Below, piece by piece: positions 54,037-64,000 of a DNA stretch of 64,000 bases. The stretch comes from Spirochaetota bacterium. GTDB lineage: Bacteria > Spirochaetota > UBA4802 > UBA5550. The position numbers and the translations under genes are program-made. Every line of letters starts with the position of its first letter. The first letter of the stretch is position 1. The notes under the pieces are model-generated. The model saw nothing but the letters and a program-made list of their open reading frames with translations, searched no databases and was not told the DNA's origin. The stretch covers positions 159 to 64,158 of the forward strand of contig DAONFG010000009.1 in the NCBI GenBank assembly GCA_035403465.1, written 5' to 3'.

Positions 54037-55866
54037 TTATTCAATGTACATAGTCTCTATCAATTTGGCGTATCTTTCGTTTATGACCCGGCGCTTGACC
54101 TTCATGGACGGTGTAAGCTCACCGTTTTCCTGTGTCCAGGGCTCTTCCATTAAAATATATTTTTTAACCTGTTCCGAGCGTGAAAAGTTCCGCTGGTGGT
54201 AGTCGATTTCCTTTTTAAAAAGTATCCTGATCCTTTCGTGTGCAAGCAGCTCTTTCCTGTCGCTGCATGTTAAGTCCCTTCGCTTTGCCCATTCATCCAG
54301 CGCTTCGAAATCAGGCACTACCAAAGCTGTGAGATGTTTTCTTCCATCTCCGATTACCGCAGCCTGCTCAATGTATTTTGAGTACATCAGGTTCATCTCG
54401 ATATTCAGGGGTGATATGTTTTTGCCTGCGGATGTTATGATTATATCCTTTTTTCTTCCGCTGATGTGCAGGTATTCATGATCATCAAAGTATCCCAGGT
54501 CCCCGGTTTTAAAATAACCGTCTTCTGTGAACGCTTCCGCAGTTGATATTTCATCGTTGAAGTAACCCTTCATTACCTGGGGTCCTTTTATCAGTATTTC
54601 ACCATCCCCGGATATTCGCACATCTGTACCATCGACCACTTTGCCTACAGCACCGGTCTTGATGAAATCAGGTCTGATTGCGCTTACCACGGGTGATGTC
54701 TCGGTTAGACCATAACCTTCAATTATCCGGATGTCGATGCACATGAAAAACCTTGCTATTTCTGCTGACAGGGAATTCCCCCCTGATATCGCAAAACGAA
54801 GGCGGTCCATGCCTATATTGTTTTTTATCCGCGAGAAGACAAGCTTTGACGCAATGGCATATATAAATGCGAATATCCCTTTACGCTCGGTATCATGGGT
54901 CAGGTAGTGAATATTTTTTTCACCGATTTTCATGGCAGCCCGGAAAATTAAACGACGCACCGGGTTAGATTCACGGACACGCTGCTGCACCGCGTGGTAT
55001 ATTTTTTCGAACATGCGTGGTACTGACACAAATGATGTGGGCCTGACAGTCTTAAGGTCATCAAGAAGCGTTGAGATGTCTTCGGCAAATGAGACCTTGG
55101 TGTTGCTGCTGATTGCCAGGTAGTATCCGCCCATTCTTTCAAGTGCATGCGACAGCGGTAAAAAGGAGAGGAAGTCATGCTTGATCGACAACTTGTTTTT
55201 GTAATGCTCATGTACCTGGCGGACGTTTGATATCAGGTTGCCGTGAGTAAGCATCACCCCCTTGGGGTCTCCCGTAGTGCCCGATGTGTATATGATAGTA
55301 GCCAGGTCATCGTGTGTAATTGTTTTTATAGCCTCGTCAAGGTCGATCATGGGAAGTTTCATTGATCCTTCAGCGATGGCCTGGCTGAATGTAAGCATCA
55401 TCGGATCGCCTGTATCCTTTTCGTCGAATAAAACAATTTTTTCCAGGTGCGGCAGTTTATCTTTTACCGATAAAATTTTTTCAGCCTGTTCCATGTCGCC
55501 GGCAAAACATATCCTGGCCATGGAATGTGAAAGTATATAGCATGCCTCAGATGCGGTGTTAGTGGAATATACCGGTACATCGACAACTCCCGCAAGAAGA
55601 GACGCCATGTCAGCTACCCACAACTCGTAGCGGGTGCCTGAAAAAATTGCTGCCCTGTCTCCGCGCTTAAGTCCCGCATGAACAAGCCAGGCGGTCATGC
55701 AGTGCACCAGTTCACCCATCTCCCTCCATGAGACATCATGGTAAGCATTGTTTATCTTGTATGCAATGCAAGCCTCGCCCGAATTGTCCCGAACCCTTCC
55801 CAGAAAAATTTCGCATACTGAATTTTCTGTAATCTCGTGGACCTCTGAGTGTGTCCTGCTGCTCAT
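54037..55866 (-). CDS. Long-chain fatty acid--CoA ligase (AMP-binding)
   Basis: 609-aa ORF with blocks IIYTSGTTGDPKGVMLTHGN, EGYGLTETS, GYFKTGDLG and GRKKDIIITSAGKNISP. Confidence 0.9.
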   Translation of the reverse strand: MSSRTHSEVHEITENSVCEIFLGRVRDNSGEACIAYKINNAYHDVSWREMGELVHCMTAWLVHAGLKRGDRAAIFSGTRYELWVADMASLLAGVVDVPVYSTNTASEACYILSHSMARICFAGDMEQAEKILSVKDKLPHLEKIVLFDEKDTGDPMMLTFSQAIAEGSMKLPMIDLDEAIKTITHDDLATIIYTSGTTGDPKGVMLTHGNLISNVRQVHEHYKNKLSIKHDFLSFLPLSHALERMGGYYLAISSNTKVSFAEDISTLLDDLKTVRPTSFVSVPRMFEKIYHAVQQRVRESNPVRRLIFRAAMKIGEKNIHYLTHDTERKGIFAFIYAIASKLVFSRIKNNIGMDRLRFAISGGNSLSAEIARFFMCIDIRIIEGYGLTETSPVVSAIRPDFIKTGAVGKVVDGTDVRISGDGEILIKGPQVMKGYFNDEISTAEAFTEDGYFKTGDLGYFDDHEYLHISGRKKDIIITSAGKNISPLNIEMNLMYSKYIEQAAVIGDGRKHLTALVVPDFEALDEWAKRRDLTCSDRKELLAHERIRILFKKEIDYHQRNFSRSEQVKKYILMEEPWTQENGELTPSMKVKRRVINERYAKLIETMYIE

Positions 55867-55871
55867 TGTGA

Positions 55872-57026
55872 TTATACCATGGCTCCTGAATTTTCCTGAT
55901 CAACAGCATGGGCTTCCGGGATGTTTTTTTCGCCAAAATCTGTTTCCTTCGCAAAACGGAAACAGTTGCTGATAAAACGCCTTGTGTCGGGTAGCGAAAT
56001 ACCCGATCCCTCAAGCGCCAGCCTGGTTGCACTGGTGCTGTACTGCGGGCTCATGTCCCATACATATGGTTCAAAGGCGCTGAATGTCTTTATAACTTTT
56101 TTGTACAGGCCTGGTTTCATGAAGCGGAAAACCGGGCTGATTATTACGCGCCAGACCGATGCCGGAATTACCTTTGTTTTTTTTCCGAATTCGTCTGTTA
56201 CCAAAGGCAGAAGGCTCCTGAGCCTGACGTTTCCTTCAGGGCCCGCTGCCAGGGGGAAGCACTTGCCTATATTATTCTCGTTACCTGACAGGTGAACTAT
56301 TGCTTTTGCAACAAAGTCAACAGGCACTATGTCCAGGCGCGTCCTTGTGTTCAGAGGTATGGCCGGGATATTCCATGTAAGAAAAAGTTTCAGAATCGGG
56401 TAGATGACGTTTCGCGGTTTTGCCCTTCCTGATTCAGAGAGTCCAACTATTATGGACGGTCGGTAGATGATCACCGGGAGGTCTTTCATATTTTCACGCA
56501 TAAATTTTTCTGCTTCATATTTGCTCTGCTCGTATGTGTTCTTGAATCCGTACCTGTCTGTGAGGTCAGTCTCTTTCGCTACTCCCCTGCGTCTGCCTGC
56601 CACGAAGCAGGTGCCGACATATGCCAGATGAGAGAAATCTTCGTTCTTTACATGGCATTGTTTTGCAAATTTTACGATATTTTTTGTTCCCCCGACGTTG
56701 GTTTTTCTTATGGCCTCAATTGCCTGGTTAAAGCGCACATCAGCTGCACTGTGTATAATGTGGGTAACCTCATTTGTCAGGAGGTCATATGTTTCTGCAT
56801 CCATGCCCAGGTTGTCGCTTCCCAGGTCCCCTTCAACTGCCATGATAGCGCCAGTATCCTTTATCCCGCTTTCGGCGCAGATTTTTTTCAGCCGTTCATC
56901 CGGTGAGCCCGATTTATTACCGCGGATCATGCAGTAAATACGGTTTTCCCTGTTTTGGGAAAGAAGGGCCATGATCTCTTCCCCCAGGAATCCGGTTACA
57001 CCTGTGATAAAATAAACATTTTTCAT
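55872..57026 (-). CDS. Fatty acyl-CoA / thioester reductase-type SDR (NAD_binding_4, male-sterility domain)
   Basis: I take the ATG at 57026 (MKNVYFITGVTGFLGEEI) inside track ORF 55872..57098. Blocks are HSAADVRF, NVGGTKNIV and YEQSKYEAEKF. Its stop lies 5 nt before the fadD-like start. Confidence 0.75.
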   Translation of the reverse strand: MKNVYFITGVTGFLGEEIMALLSQNRENRIYCMIRGNKSGSPDERLKKICAESGIKDTGAIMAVEGDLGSDNLGMDAETYDLLTNEVTHIIHSAADVRFNQAIEAIRKTNVGGTKNIVKFAKQCHVKNEDFSHLAYVGTCFVAGRRRGVAKETDLTDRYGFKNTYEQSKYEAEKFMRENMKDLPVIIYRPSIIVGLSESGRAKPRNVIYPILKLFLTWNIPAIPLNTRTRLDIVPVDFVAKAIVHLSGNENNIGKCFPLAAGPEGNVRLRSLLPLVTDEFGKKTKVIPASVWRVIISPVFRFMKPGLYKKVIKTFSAFEPYVWDMSPQYSTSATRLALEGSGISLPDTRRFISNCFRFAKETDFGEKNIPEAHAVDQENSGAMV

Positions 57027-57321
57027 TGATTTACCTCTGTATTTGATAATAAAAACCGGCAGGTCGGTATTTTGCCGGCAAATACGGAAAAATGTCAATA
57101 AAGTTTATTTGGAATACAGGTAAATATACCGGAATAGGGGTCAGAGCCCTTGTTTACTAAATCAGCTGCATGGACAGGACGAACTTTAACTTGACAAATA
57201 TTTAAATACGAAGAATTACTTAGTCATCAAGTCTGATCCAGACAGGGGTATTTCTTCATTCATCCAACCGGCAGGATTACTGAAAAGCTGCTGGGAAATT
57301 CTGCATGGAGCGTTTTTTATC

Positions 57322-57894
57322 ATGAAAAAAATTATTCTGCTCGCATCTTCTGTTATACTCGCGCTCACATTCTCTACCGGCTGCTGCATGCAGAGCTGTA
57401 TTGACACAATGATGAGTATTAACTACGGGCCCATTACTGTTATACTGAACAAGAAGTTTGACCAGTCAAAAATTAAGCGCATTGCCGCTTTCCCCTTTGA
57501 TGACAGCGGATATTCAGGCTTTGATAAGGGAAGCGGCGCCACTGTATCAGACTGGTTTGCAGTTGAACTTCTCAAAACAGGGTACTATGAAGTAATAGAA
57601 AGAAACCAGGTTGAAAAGATTCTGAAGGAGCAGATGTTCCAGCAGACCGGAATTGTTGATGTTGATACAGCAGTGAAGGCTGGCAGGATTCTCGGTGTGC
57701 AGGGACTGCTCATGGGTTCAGCAGGCGGTACATCCGGCGCATTTACGGTAGTAGTAAAACTTATAGATGTTGAAACAGGCAACACCGCATGGTCTGTTGT
57801 GTATGAAACCAATCATCCCAAGAGGGCAGTGCCTGTGTTGAAAGTGGAACTGGATAAGTACTACGCTGAAAAATCAGGGACCAAAACAAAATAA
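57322..57894 (+). CDS. CsgG-like lipoprotein (short form)
   Basis: 190-aa ORF with lipobox LTFSTGCC. The block IAAFPFDDSG...VSDWFAVELLKTGYYEVIERNQVEKILKEQMFQQTGIVD...AGRILGVQGLLMGS...VKLIDVETG matches the CsgG/HfaB-type pattern. Confidence 0.65.
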   Translation: MKKIILLASSVILALTFSTGCCMQSCIDTMMSINYGPITVILNKKFDQSKIKRIAAFPFDDSGYSGFDKGSGATVSDWFAVELLKTGYYEVIERNQVEKILKEQMFQQTGIVDVDTAVKAGRILGVQGLLMGSAGGTSGAFTVVVKLIDVETGNTAWSVVYETNHPKRAVPVLKVELDKYYAEKSGTKTK

Positions 57895-57963
57895 TAACCT
57901 GCTTATTGTTTACACCAGCCTGCTGTTCCGTATCTGAGGCAACAGAGGCAGGTGCCTGAACAT

Positions 57964-58347
57964 CTATTTTTCTATTATCTCCCTTGTCTTCTCAACTGTG
58001 AATTTAACAAGGAACAGTTTCTTCTCCGCGGCTGTACCGTCCTTTCCGTGGTGTTTCCTGAATTTATCTATCTCGGCCGGGTTATCTGTCTCGCCCTTTT
58101 TTTTAAGGTAAATCCTTATCCCTTTTGACTTTGATCCCTCTTCGAGAAAAAGGTAGGCTGCGCGAGGATTGGTCTGAAGATTGGCATGGCTTACGCGGTC
58201 GTTCATGATCAGCGCGAAAACATCACCTTCAATAAAATGGGGCTTGCCGTACACTGCGGCGTTTACGTTACCCGTGCTGTCGCAGGTCGAGAGCACGGCG
58301 AGGCCTGAAGTTTTTTCGAAGTATGCTTTCAGTTCTGTAATGTTCAT
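57964..58347 (-). CDS. Pyridoxamine 5'-phosphate oxidase-like FMN-binding split-barrel protein
   Basis: 127-aa ORF. The block GLAVLSTCDSTGNVNAAVYGKPHF...NLQTNPRAAYLF fits the PNPOx-like small-protein pattern. Confidence 0.6.
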   Translation of the reverse strand: MNITELKAYFEKTSGLAVLSTCDSTGNVNAAVYGKPHFIEGDVFALIMNDRVSHANLQTNPRAAYLFLEEGSKSKGIRIYLKKKGETDNPAEIDKFRKHHGKDGTAAEKKLFLVKFTVEKTREIIEK

Positions 58348-58429
58348 GTTTTATTATCCTTTATCAAATATTACTACTGCAGTGTGCCCGCTGTTTAAAA
58401 ATGCAGGCGCTGTTTATAAGTGGAGTGCA

Positions 58430-61180
58430 TCAGCTGTCCAGTGTTTCACGGACCTTCAGTGCCAGGTCATTCATTGTAAAAGGTTTGTGAATAAAATGCA
58501 CACCCTCGTCCAGTACTCCGTGCTGAGCTATGACATTAGCAGTATAGCCGGAAATGAACAGTACTTTAAGTCCTTCTCTTATGGATAATATTTGAGCAGA
58601 GAGTTCACGGCCGTTCATCCCCGGCATCACCACGTCTGTCAGCAGCAGGTCAATCTTTTCCGGGTATTCCCTTGCTATGTTTAAGGCATGGTCCGGTGAC
58701 GGTGCGGGGATCACCCTGTACCCGAATTCTTCAAGCATTGATACCGCAATCTCCATTATCATGGGTTCATCTTCAACAAGAAGTATTGTCTCATGGCCTG
58801 TCGAAAAAGGTTTATCTGTTGTAACAGACTGAAACTGCCCTGATTCCTCTTCAATTTTCGGCAGATATATTTTGAAAGTTGTTCCAACTCCCGGTTCGCT
58901 GTATACATTAATTACTCCGCTGTTCTGTCTGACAATCCCGTAAACAGTTGCCAGCCCAAGGCCTGTGCCTTTGCCGATATCCTTCGTGGTAAAAAATGGT
59001 TCAAAAAGATGCGAACGTATATCTGCGTTCATCCCTGAACCATTATCGCTTATGGCGATCATGACATATGCACCCGGCACCAGGTCGGGATTATCCCTGC
59101 TGCTGAAGATATCGAGTATGACATTCTTTGTTTCAATGGTTATCCGACCGGTATTGGTTATGGCCTGTCTTGCGTTGACGCAAAGATTCGCGAGTATCTG
59201 GTCAATCTGCGTCGGGTCCATCTTTACAGGCCATACGCTGTCGCACGGGATCCATGCAAGCTCTATGTCCTCGCCTATAAGCCGTTTGAGCATGGTCAGT
59301 ATTTTACCGATTGTGTCATTCAGGTTTATTATCTCCGGGGTAATGGCCTGCTTGCGTGCAAAAGAGAGAAGCTGGCGCGTAAGGTTGGCCGAACGTTTTG
59401 CCGCTTTTTCTATCTCCTGCAGTCTCGGGTAGACGGGATGATCCGGTGATGTCTTTAATATACCTATCTCAGCCTGGTTCAGTATAACACTGAGCATGTT
59501 GTTGAAGTCATGGGCAACACCGCCGGCCAGCCTTCCTATAGAGTCCATTTTCTGCGCCTGGGTCAGCTGGGCCTGGAGTATCTCCTTTTCTCTTTCTTCA
59601 CGTTTGCGGTCTGTTATGTCAGTGTGAATCCCTACAAGCGCCGTGATTTTTCCGGAACTGTCCCTGTTCGCATATGCGCGGAGATCAATGTCTTTAACCT
59701 GGTGGTCCCTGGAATACATTTTCACTTCGCCCATCCATTGACCACCGGACATCAAGGTTCTGAAAATATCCTCGCCTTTTTTCCTGTCAACGTATAACGA
59801 AGCAGGCGGATTATCGCATATATTGCCCAGTAACACGGTCATCGCCCTGTTCTGGTAATAGTGACGGCCGTCAGGTGTTGCTAACCCGATTGCATCTGTC
59901 GAGTTTTCAACAGATTCCCTGAAAATCATGAGCTCGTCCTCTGTTTTTTTCCGTTCAGTGATGTCGCGCACATTTACTATAACACCTTTGATTGCCGGGT
60001 CATCAAGATAGCTCTGCGCCACGGATTCCAGGTATACCCAGCCGTTTGTTTTGTGTATATGCCTGTACTGCACTCTGCAGATTTTGTCCGGATTTTTAAT
60101 GCACTCATTAAAAACAGCCAGTACTTCTCCAATGTCGTCAGGATGAATTAACTGATCCAGTGGCACTTTGCATTCATCCACACTGTAGCCGGTTATCTTC
60201 TCTGAAGAAGGGCTAATATACCTCTGAATACCGTCAGCACCGATAATCACAAATGTGTCGGTTGAATTTTTAATAAGATATTCGAATTTTTTTTCACTCT
60301 CGGAAAGTCTTTCTGTTTCCAGTTTTATGGCAGCACGCAGCCTGCGGTTCCACACAAGCATGTGCAGTGCTATGATGGCTGCGCCTGCTGGAACACCCCC
60401 CATGATGAGTTTTAGCCACAGGGGAAGAAACATTTCAGGGTTCCTGTTGAACCACCTGTTCATTGCCCGGTAATATTCCGTGTTACCATTATTCTGCATA
60501 ACAAGGAGAGTGGTATCAAACCTGTCTATTATATCCTGGTCAAAGTCCTTCCTGAAGGCGTAGTATAAACCCCGGGGACATATCACCACCGGGCTGGGTG
60601 CGATGTCGTCCGGGCGCTCGGATGAGAAGTAGAAAAACCTGTCGCCTAAAAAAAGATCGGCTTTACCGGACTCCACAGCCCTTACCATCTCCCTGTAGCC
60701 CGGCACTGCAACAATTGTGCAGTCAAGGTTGAACTCTTTCATAAGGGTATTTTTAAGATACTGCTCCTGGATGGAGTTCTCTATAACTGCAATCCTTTTG
60801 CCGTTCAGGTCCTCGATCCTGTATATGCGCCCGGCTGTATGTGAAAAAGCCTGTATCCATGATTCAATAACGAATTTTTTATTCAGGCGGAATTTCCTGG
60901 CGCGTTCAGCGGTGTAGGAAACGTCAAGGAGAACGTCGAGTTCCCCTTTTTCCAGTTTCCTGATGTTCTCGGCCCATTCGCCGATGATATACTCTACCTG
61001 GAAATTGTTCTGCCGCGCGATTTCATTTGTAATATCAACAAAAAATCCTGCAGGCCTTCCATTGGAGTCAATAAACACCGTGGGATTGCTATTGTATATC
61101 CCCGCTCTGATTGTTTCATTTGATCCGGCAGAGAATGAAGTAACAAACAGCAATGTAATGATGGCAAATATTCTTTTCAT
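58430..61180 (-). CDS. Hybrid sensor histidine kinase (periplasmic SBP-3 domain, TM, PAS repeats, HisKA, HATPase_c, REC)
   Basis: 916-aa ORF with a signal peptide and a solute-binding-like ectodomain. H-box is [11 protein letters not shown], the N/G boxes are NLCVNARQA and GTGLGLATV, and the receiver is LLVEDEP...[13 protein letters not shown]. Confidence 0.9.
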   Translation of the reverse strand: MKRIFAIITLLFVTSFSAGSNETIRAGIYNSNPTVFIDSNGRPAGFFVDITNEIARQNNFQVEYIIGEWAENIRKLEKGELDVLLDVSYTAERARKFRLNKKFVIESWIQAFSHTAGRIYRIEDLNGKRIAVIENSIQEQYLKNTLMKEFNLDCTIVAVPGYREMVRAVESGKADLFLGDRFFYFSSERPDDIAPSPVVICPRGLYYAFRKDFDQDIIDRFDTTLLVMQNNGNTEYYRAMNRWFNRNPEMFLPLWLKLIMGGVPAGAAIIALHMLVWNRRLRAAIKLETERLSESEKKFEYLIKNSTDTFVIIGADGIQRYISPSSEKITGYSVDECKVPLDQLIHPDDIGEVLAVFNECIKNPDKICRVQYRHIHKTNGWVYLESVAQSYLDDPAIKGVIVNVRDITERKKTEDELMIFRESVENSTDAIGLATPDGRHYYQNRAMTVLLGNICDNPPASLYVDRKKGEDIFRTLMSGGQWMGEVKMYSRDHQVKDIDLRAYANRDSSGKITALVGIHTDITDRKREEREKEILQAQLTQAQKMDSIGRLAGGVAHDFNNMLSVILNQAEIGILKTSPDHPVYPRLQEIEKAAKRSANLTRQLLSFARKQAITPEIINLNDTIGKILTMLKRLIGEDIELAWIPCDSVWPVKMDPTQIDQILANLCVNARQAITNTGRITIETKNVILDIFSSRDNPDLVPGAYVMIAISDNGSGMNADIRSHLFEPFFTTKDIGKGTGLGLATVYGIVRQNSGVINVYSEPGVGTTFKIYLPKIEEESGQFQSVTTDKPFSTGHETILLVEDEPMIMEIAVSMLEEFGYRVIPAPSPDHALNIAREYPEKIDLLLTDVVMPGMNGRELSAQILSIREGLKVLFISGYTANVIAQHGVLDEGVHFIHKPFTMNDLALKVRETLDS

Positions 61181-61347
61181 GCTTTCCTGTATAAACCGGG
61201 GTTGATCATGATATAATGATATATAATTTTGGAAGAGTTGTCCATAAAATAACGATAATTATCCGGAACTGAATTATTTTTGACAGTAAGCGGGATAATT
61301 CTGATTTATAAAACAGCGTACAGATATATCACAATGTGAGGATTAAT

Positions 61348-62211
61348 ATGATTGAAAGAAACAGCGGACTGTACATGAGAGTGGACAGGTTTAAAAAGGT
61401 GGAGTCCCGCATTTCACAAAAGAATAGAAGCATGACACTATTGTCGCGGGCCAGGATAATGTTTATGTCCAAAAGGTTCAATATAGGGCTTTTCTTTATG
61501 CTGCTAGCTGCTGTTAATTTTAAAATGTGCATGCCCGATGTCCAGGCCGGGTGCATACCATGCATGACCGGTGAAACAGCAGAAGTACAGGGAGTAATAA
61601 CAAAGGTCGACGTAAAATCATACGGAGCTAAAAGTTATAACGGCTATTATATCCATTATACATACACTGTGGAGGGAAAAACTTACAGCGGCATGGCGGT
61701 CGACAGCGGCAGGGGACTTGGCTACCTGGAAAACCACACTGTTGTGGTGGATTACTCAGTAAAAAACCATGCGTGTTCATGTGCAAGGAACATGGAGTGC
61801 CTTGCACAGAGTGCGCTCTTCACAGTGATAACCGGTGCGGTACTTTTTTTTATCGGACTGCTGTGGATTCTGTCCGGCATAATGGGAATATCCAGGGCAG
61901 CTGCAGTACTTCAGTATGGGGATGTTGTACAAGGCACAGTAAGCGGTATTGCAGAGGAGAAGAAGAGTAATCCCTTTAACCTGGGAGGTGTAGGGAGCTT
62001 CCGGAGTAAAATCACGCAGTACCGGGTTACGTGCAGTTTCAGTACTGCTGAGGGTAAAAAAAAGACATGCACCTTGAATGCAAAAAATAAAGATGTGATA
62101 CAATCCGGTGATAACCTGACGGTCATATATGATCCTGACATCCCTGAAAATGTGCTGGTGATCGAGGCGCTGCCTAAATCTGTAAACACAAGTCCGGAAC
62201 TCCCGGTATAG
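61348..62211 (+). CDS. Membrane protein with two DUF3592-like units
   Basis: I take the ATG at 61348 (GAGGA 5 nt upstream) inside track ORF 61336..62211. It has two G.V..V......Y.Y.V.G..Y-type units: VQGVITKVDV...YYIHYTYTVEGKTYSG and VVQGTVSGI...YRVTCSFSTAEGKK. They are separated by the TM FTVITGAVLFFIGLLWILSGIMGI. The start is uncertain. Confidence 0.5.
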   Translation: MIERNSGLYMRVDRFKKVESRISQKNRSMTLLSRARIMFMSKRFNIGLFFMLLAAVNFKMCMPDVQAGCIPCMTGETAEVQGVITKVDVKSYGAKSYNGYYIHYTYTVEGKTYSGMAVDSGRGLGYLENHTVVVDYSVKNHACSCARNMECLAQSALFTVITGAVLFFIGLLWILSGIMGISRAAAVLQYGDVVQGTVSGIAEEKKSNPFNLGGVGSFRSKITQYRVTCSFSTAEGKKKTCTLNAKNKDVIQSGDNLTVIYDPDIPENVLVIEALPKSVNTSPELPV

Positions 62212-62283
62212 CAGCGCAACAGAACCGTAGCCGGCAGACTTAAAGAAAGCGCTTAACCGTGACTGCCGATCATACGACAGATT

Positions 62284-64000
62284 CTAAAGCGCTTCCGGCT
62301 TTGCGTTTGAATGAACCGCAATAAAACGGGCAGCTGCCATTTTATCCTCAGTGATCCCGGACTTCTGCCCGGTCATGAACTCAACATTCCTCACCAGGGT
62401 CATGGCGTCAAGCCCGTACTCTTTCATCAGGTATTCTTTGCCCGCGCCGTGCACAAATGTATCATTGATGCCGATCTTCATAAGACGCCTGTTTATGCAG
62501 AGTTCGGCCATTCTTTCTGCCACGATGGTTCCAAGTCCGCCGGTTACAGTGTGGTTCTCCATGGTTATTACACCATAGGCCGAACCTGCTATTGCATCCA
62601 TGATCTCCATGTCGTTAAAGGGCTTAAGCGTGGTAACATGGAAGTGGCTTATGGATACGCCTGCATCTTTCAGCAGGACTGTGGCGCGCATGGCCTCCTC
62701 TGTGCATATGCCTGTTGTTAAAAGAACAAGGTCATTCCCCTGCGACAGCCTGCGGGACGTTCCCACAACTATCGGCTCTGAAGCGTCAAACAGCCTGGGT
62801 ATTTCGCCGCGCAGCATGCGGACATACACCGGGCCTGGAACAGACATCGCGGCATCCAGTATAGACTCGACGTCAGTGGCGTCGCCTGTTTCAAGAATGG
62901 TCATGTTGGGAAGCGCCCTCATCACCGCGATGTCCTCTATTGCCTGGTGTGTCGCCCCGCCCGGTGTCATAATGCCCGGCAGGAACCCGAACATCTTGAC
63001 CGGCAGGTTGGGGTAGGCAACGGACATTGCAATCTGGTCGAATGCCCTCCTGTAGATGAACACCGCGAATGTATGTATCAGGGGAACGTATCCCTCCCGC
63101 GCCATGCCCCCTGCGAAAGAGATCATGTTCTGTTCCGCTATGCCCATTGAGAAGAACCTGTCCGGGTACGTGTCGCGGAACAGGTCGATCTCGGTTGAAC
63201 TGGTCAGGTCGGCAGAGAGTACAACGGCCTCGGGCCTCTCCTTTGCCCATGACACAAGGTTCTTTGCATGGACGCGGCTGAGATACCGGCTGTCACTCCT
63301 TTTTTCAGGCTGGGTGATCTTTCTATTGTGGAAATCGGCGAGTTCCTTCTTTTCGTCAAAGTTCGCAAAACGTACATAGTGAAATTTCGGTTTGCGTTTA
63401 TTCAGTATTTCGATCCCGCGCGATGGATCGGTGTCGCACAGAACACATAGGGGTTTTTCAGGATCCCGCTGTGACGTGCCGATTCGTACAAGTTCATCAA
63501 TGTCGTGTCCGTTTATGCGGATGGTTTTGATACCGAATGCCTCGAGGCGTTTGTCAAGCGGCTCAATGTTCATGACGTCGGTCATCTTCCCGTCGCACTG
63601 GTAGCCGTTTACGTCAACGTAGATGAGGATGTTGTTAAGCTTGTGGAACGCCGCTGCCTGCAGCGCCTCCCATGTCTGACCGATCTGGAACTCGCCATCG
63701 GACATGAACAGTACCACGCGTCCGCTTTCACCTTTAAGTTTGCGTCCCATGGCTATGCCGAATCCCTGGCTTATGCCCTGGCCCAGTGACCCGGACATTA
63801 TCTCCATGCCCGGGGAATGTTCCGCTCCGATCATCTCCACTGTTCCGCCGTCTTTGTTAAACTCGTCCAGCCCGTGTTCATCCATGCGCCCCGCCTCAAT
63901 AAGCGCTGCATAAAGGACAAGGGAATACTGCGACGGCGAGAGTATGAACCTGTCGTAATCAGGTGACTTGGCGCCGTGAAAAAATGAACCGTTCCTGTAC
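62284..64000 (-). CDS. Transketolase-family TPP enzyme; N- and C-terminal halves of the two-subunit type fused; 5' end lies beyond the right edge
   Basis: The frame stays open upstream of the track ATG (63885) to the window edge: YRNGSFFHGAKSPDYDRFILSPSQYSLVLYAALIEAGRMDEHG... Blocks are SGSLGQGIS, FMSDGEFQIGQTWEAL, VDVNGYQCDG, then FFSMGIAEQNMISFAGGMA and THQAIEDIAVMRALPNM. Confidence 0.8.
   Translation of the reverse strand, partial: YRNGSFFHGAKSPDYDRFILSPSQYSLVLYAALIEAGRMDEHGLDEFNKDGGTVEMIGAEHSPGMEIMSGSLGQGISQGFGIAMGRKLKGESGRVVLFMSDGEFQIGQTWEALQAAAFHKLNNILIYVDVNGYQCDGKMTDVMNIEPLDKRLEAFGIKTIRINGHDIDELVRIGTSQRDPEKPLCVLCDTDPSRGIEILNKRKPKFHYVRFANFDEKKELADFHNRKITQPEKRSDSRYLSRVHAKNLVSWAKERPEAVVLSADLTSSTEIDLFRDTYPDRFFSMGIAEQNMISFAGGMAREGYVPLIHTFAVFIYRRAFDQIAMSVAYPNLPVKMFGFLPGIMTPGGATHQAIEDIAVMRALPNMTILETGDATDVESILDAAMSVPGPVYVRMLRGEIPRLFDASEPIVVGTSRRLSQGNDLVLLTTGICTEEAMRATVLLKDAGVSISHFHVTTLKPFNDMEIMDAIAGSAYGVITMENHTVTGGLGTIVAERMAELCINRRLMKIGINDTFVHGAGKEYLMKEYGLDAMTLVRNVEFMTGQKSGITEDKMAAARFIAVHSNAKPEAL

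Overview
64-kb chromosomal segment of a diderm bacterium. It carries BamA, Skp, SecDF-YajC, many lipoprotein signal peptides, and mostly Shine-Dalgarno-led genes. I cannot assign the taxon from sequence alone. I call about 57 protein genes, one multi-frameshift pseudogene, several intrinsic terminators and two families of short palindromic intergenic repeats. By eye I found no rRNA, tRNA, CRISPR array, transposase, integrase or phage genes.

Most of the window is housekeeping:
- Carbon and amino-acid metabolism: glpK, ilvE, inositol-3-phosphate synthase, glnA.
- Cofactor synthesis: folK, ribD-ribE, metK.
- Glycolysis and secretion: gap-tpiA-secG, yajC-secD-secF.
- Outer membrane: an OMP-bamA-skp-Ldt block.

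The right half is lipid and acyl-CoA oriented. It holds etfBA, an ACAD10/11-type acyl-CoA dehydrogenase with a separate APH-fold kinase, hbd, an SDR, fadD and a fatty acyl-CoA reductase. It also holds a form-IV RuBisCO-like protein.

No canonical defence or mobile system is visible. The best candidates for undescribed biology are:
1. A translationally coupled operon at 35.4-40.4 kb. It encodes a PTS-EIIA-fused cation/proton antiporter, a 903-aa bitopic LysM-tailed orphan and a 193-aa orphan. It sits inside a 10-kb block of envelope-directed orphan proteins (32.7-43.1 kb).
2. A RuBisCO-like protein with altered active-site residues, co-transcribed with a FecR-domain lipoprotein.
3. A split ACAD10/11-like kinase plus dehydrogenase locus that includes a histidine-phosphatase gene.
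4. A 65-aa stand-alone MshEN-like domain protein.
5. An exported flavodoxin/ferredoxin lipoprotein.

All functional calls rest on motif recognition by eye. No database search was run.
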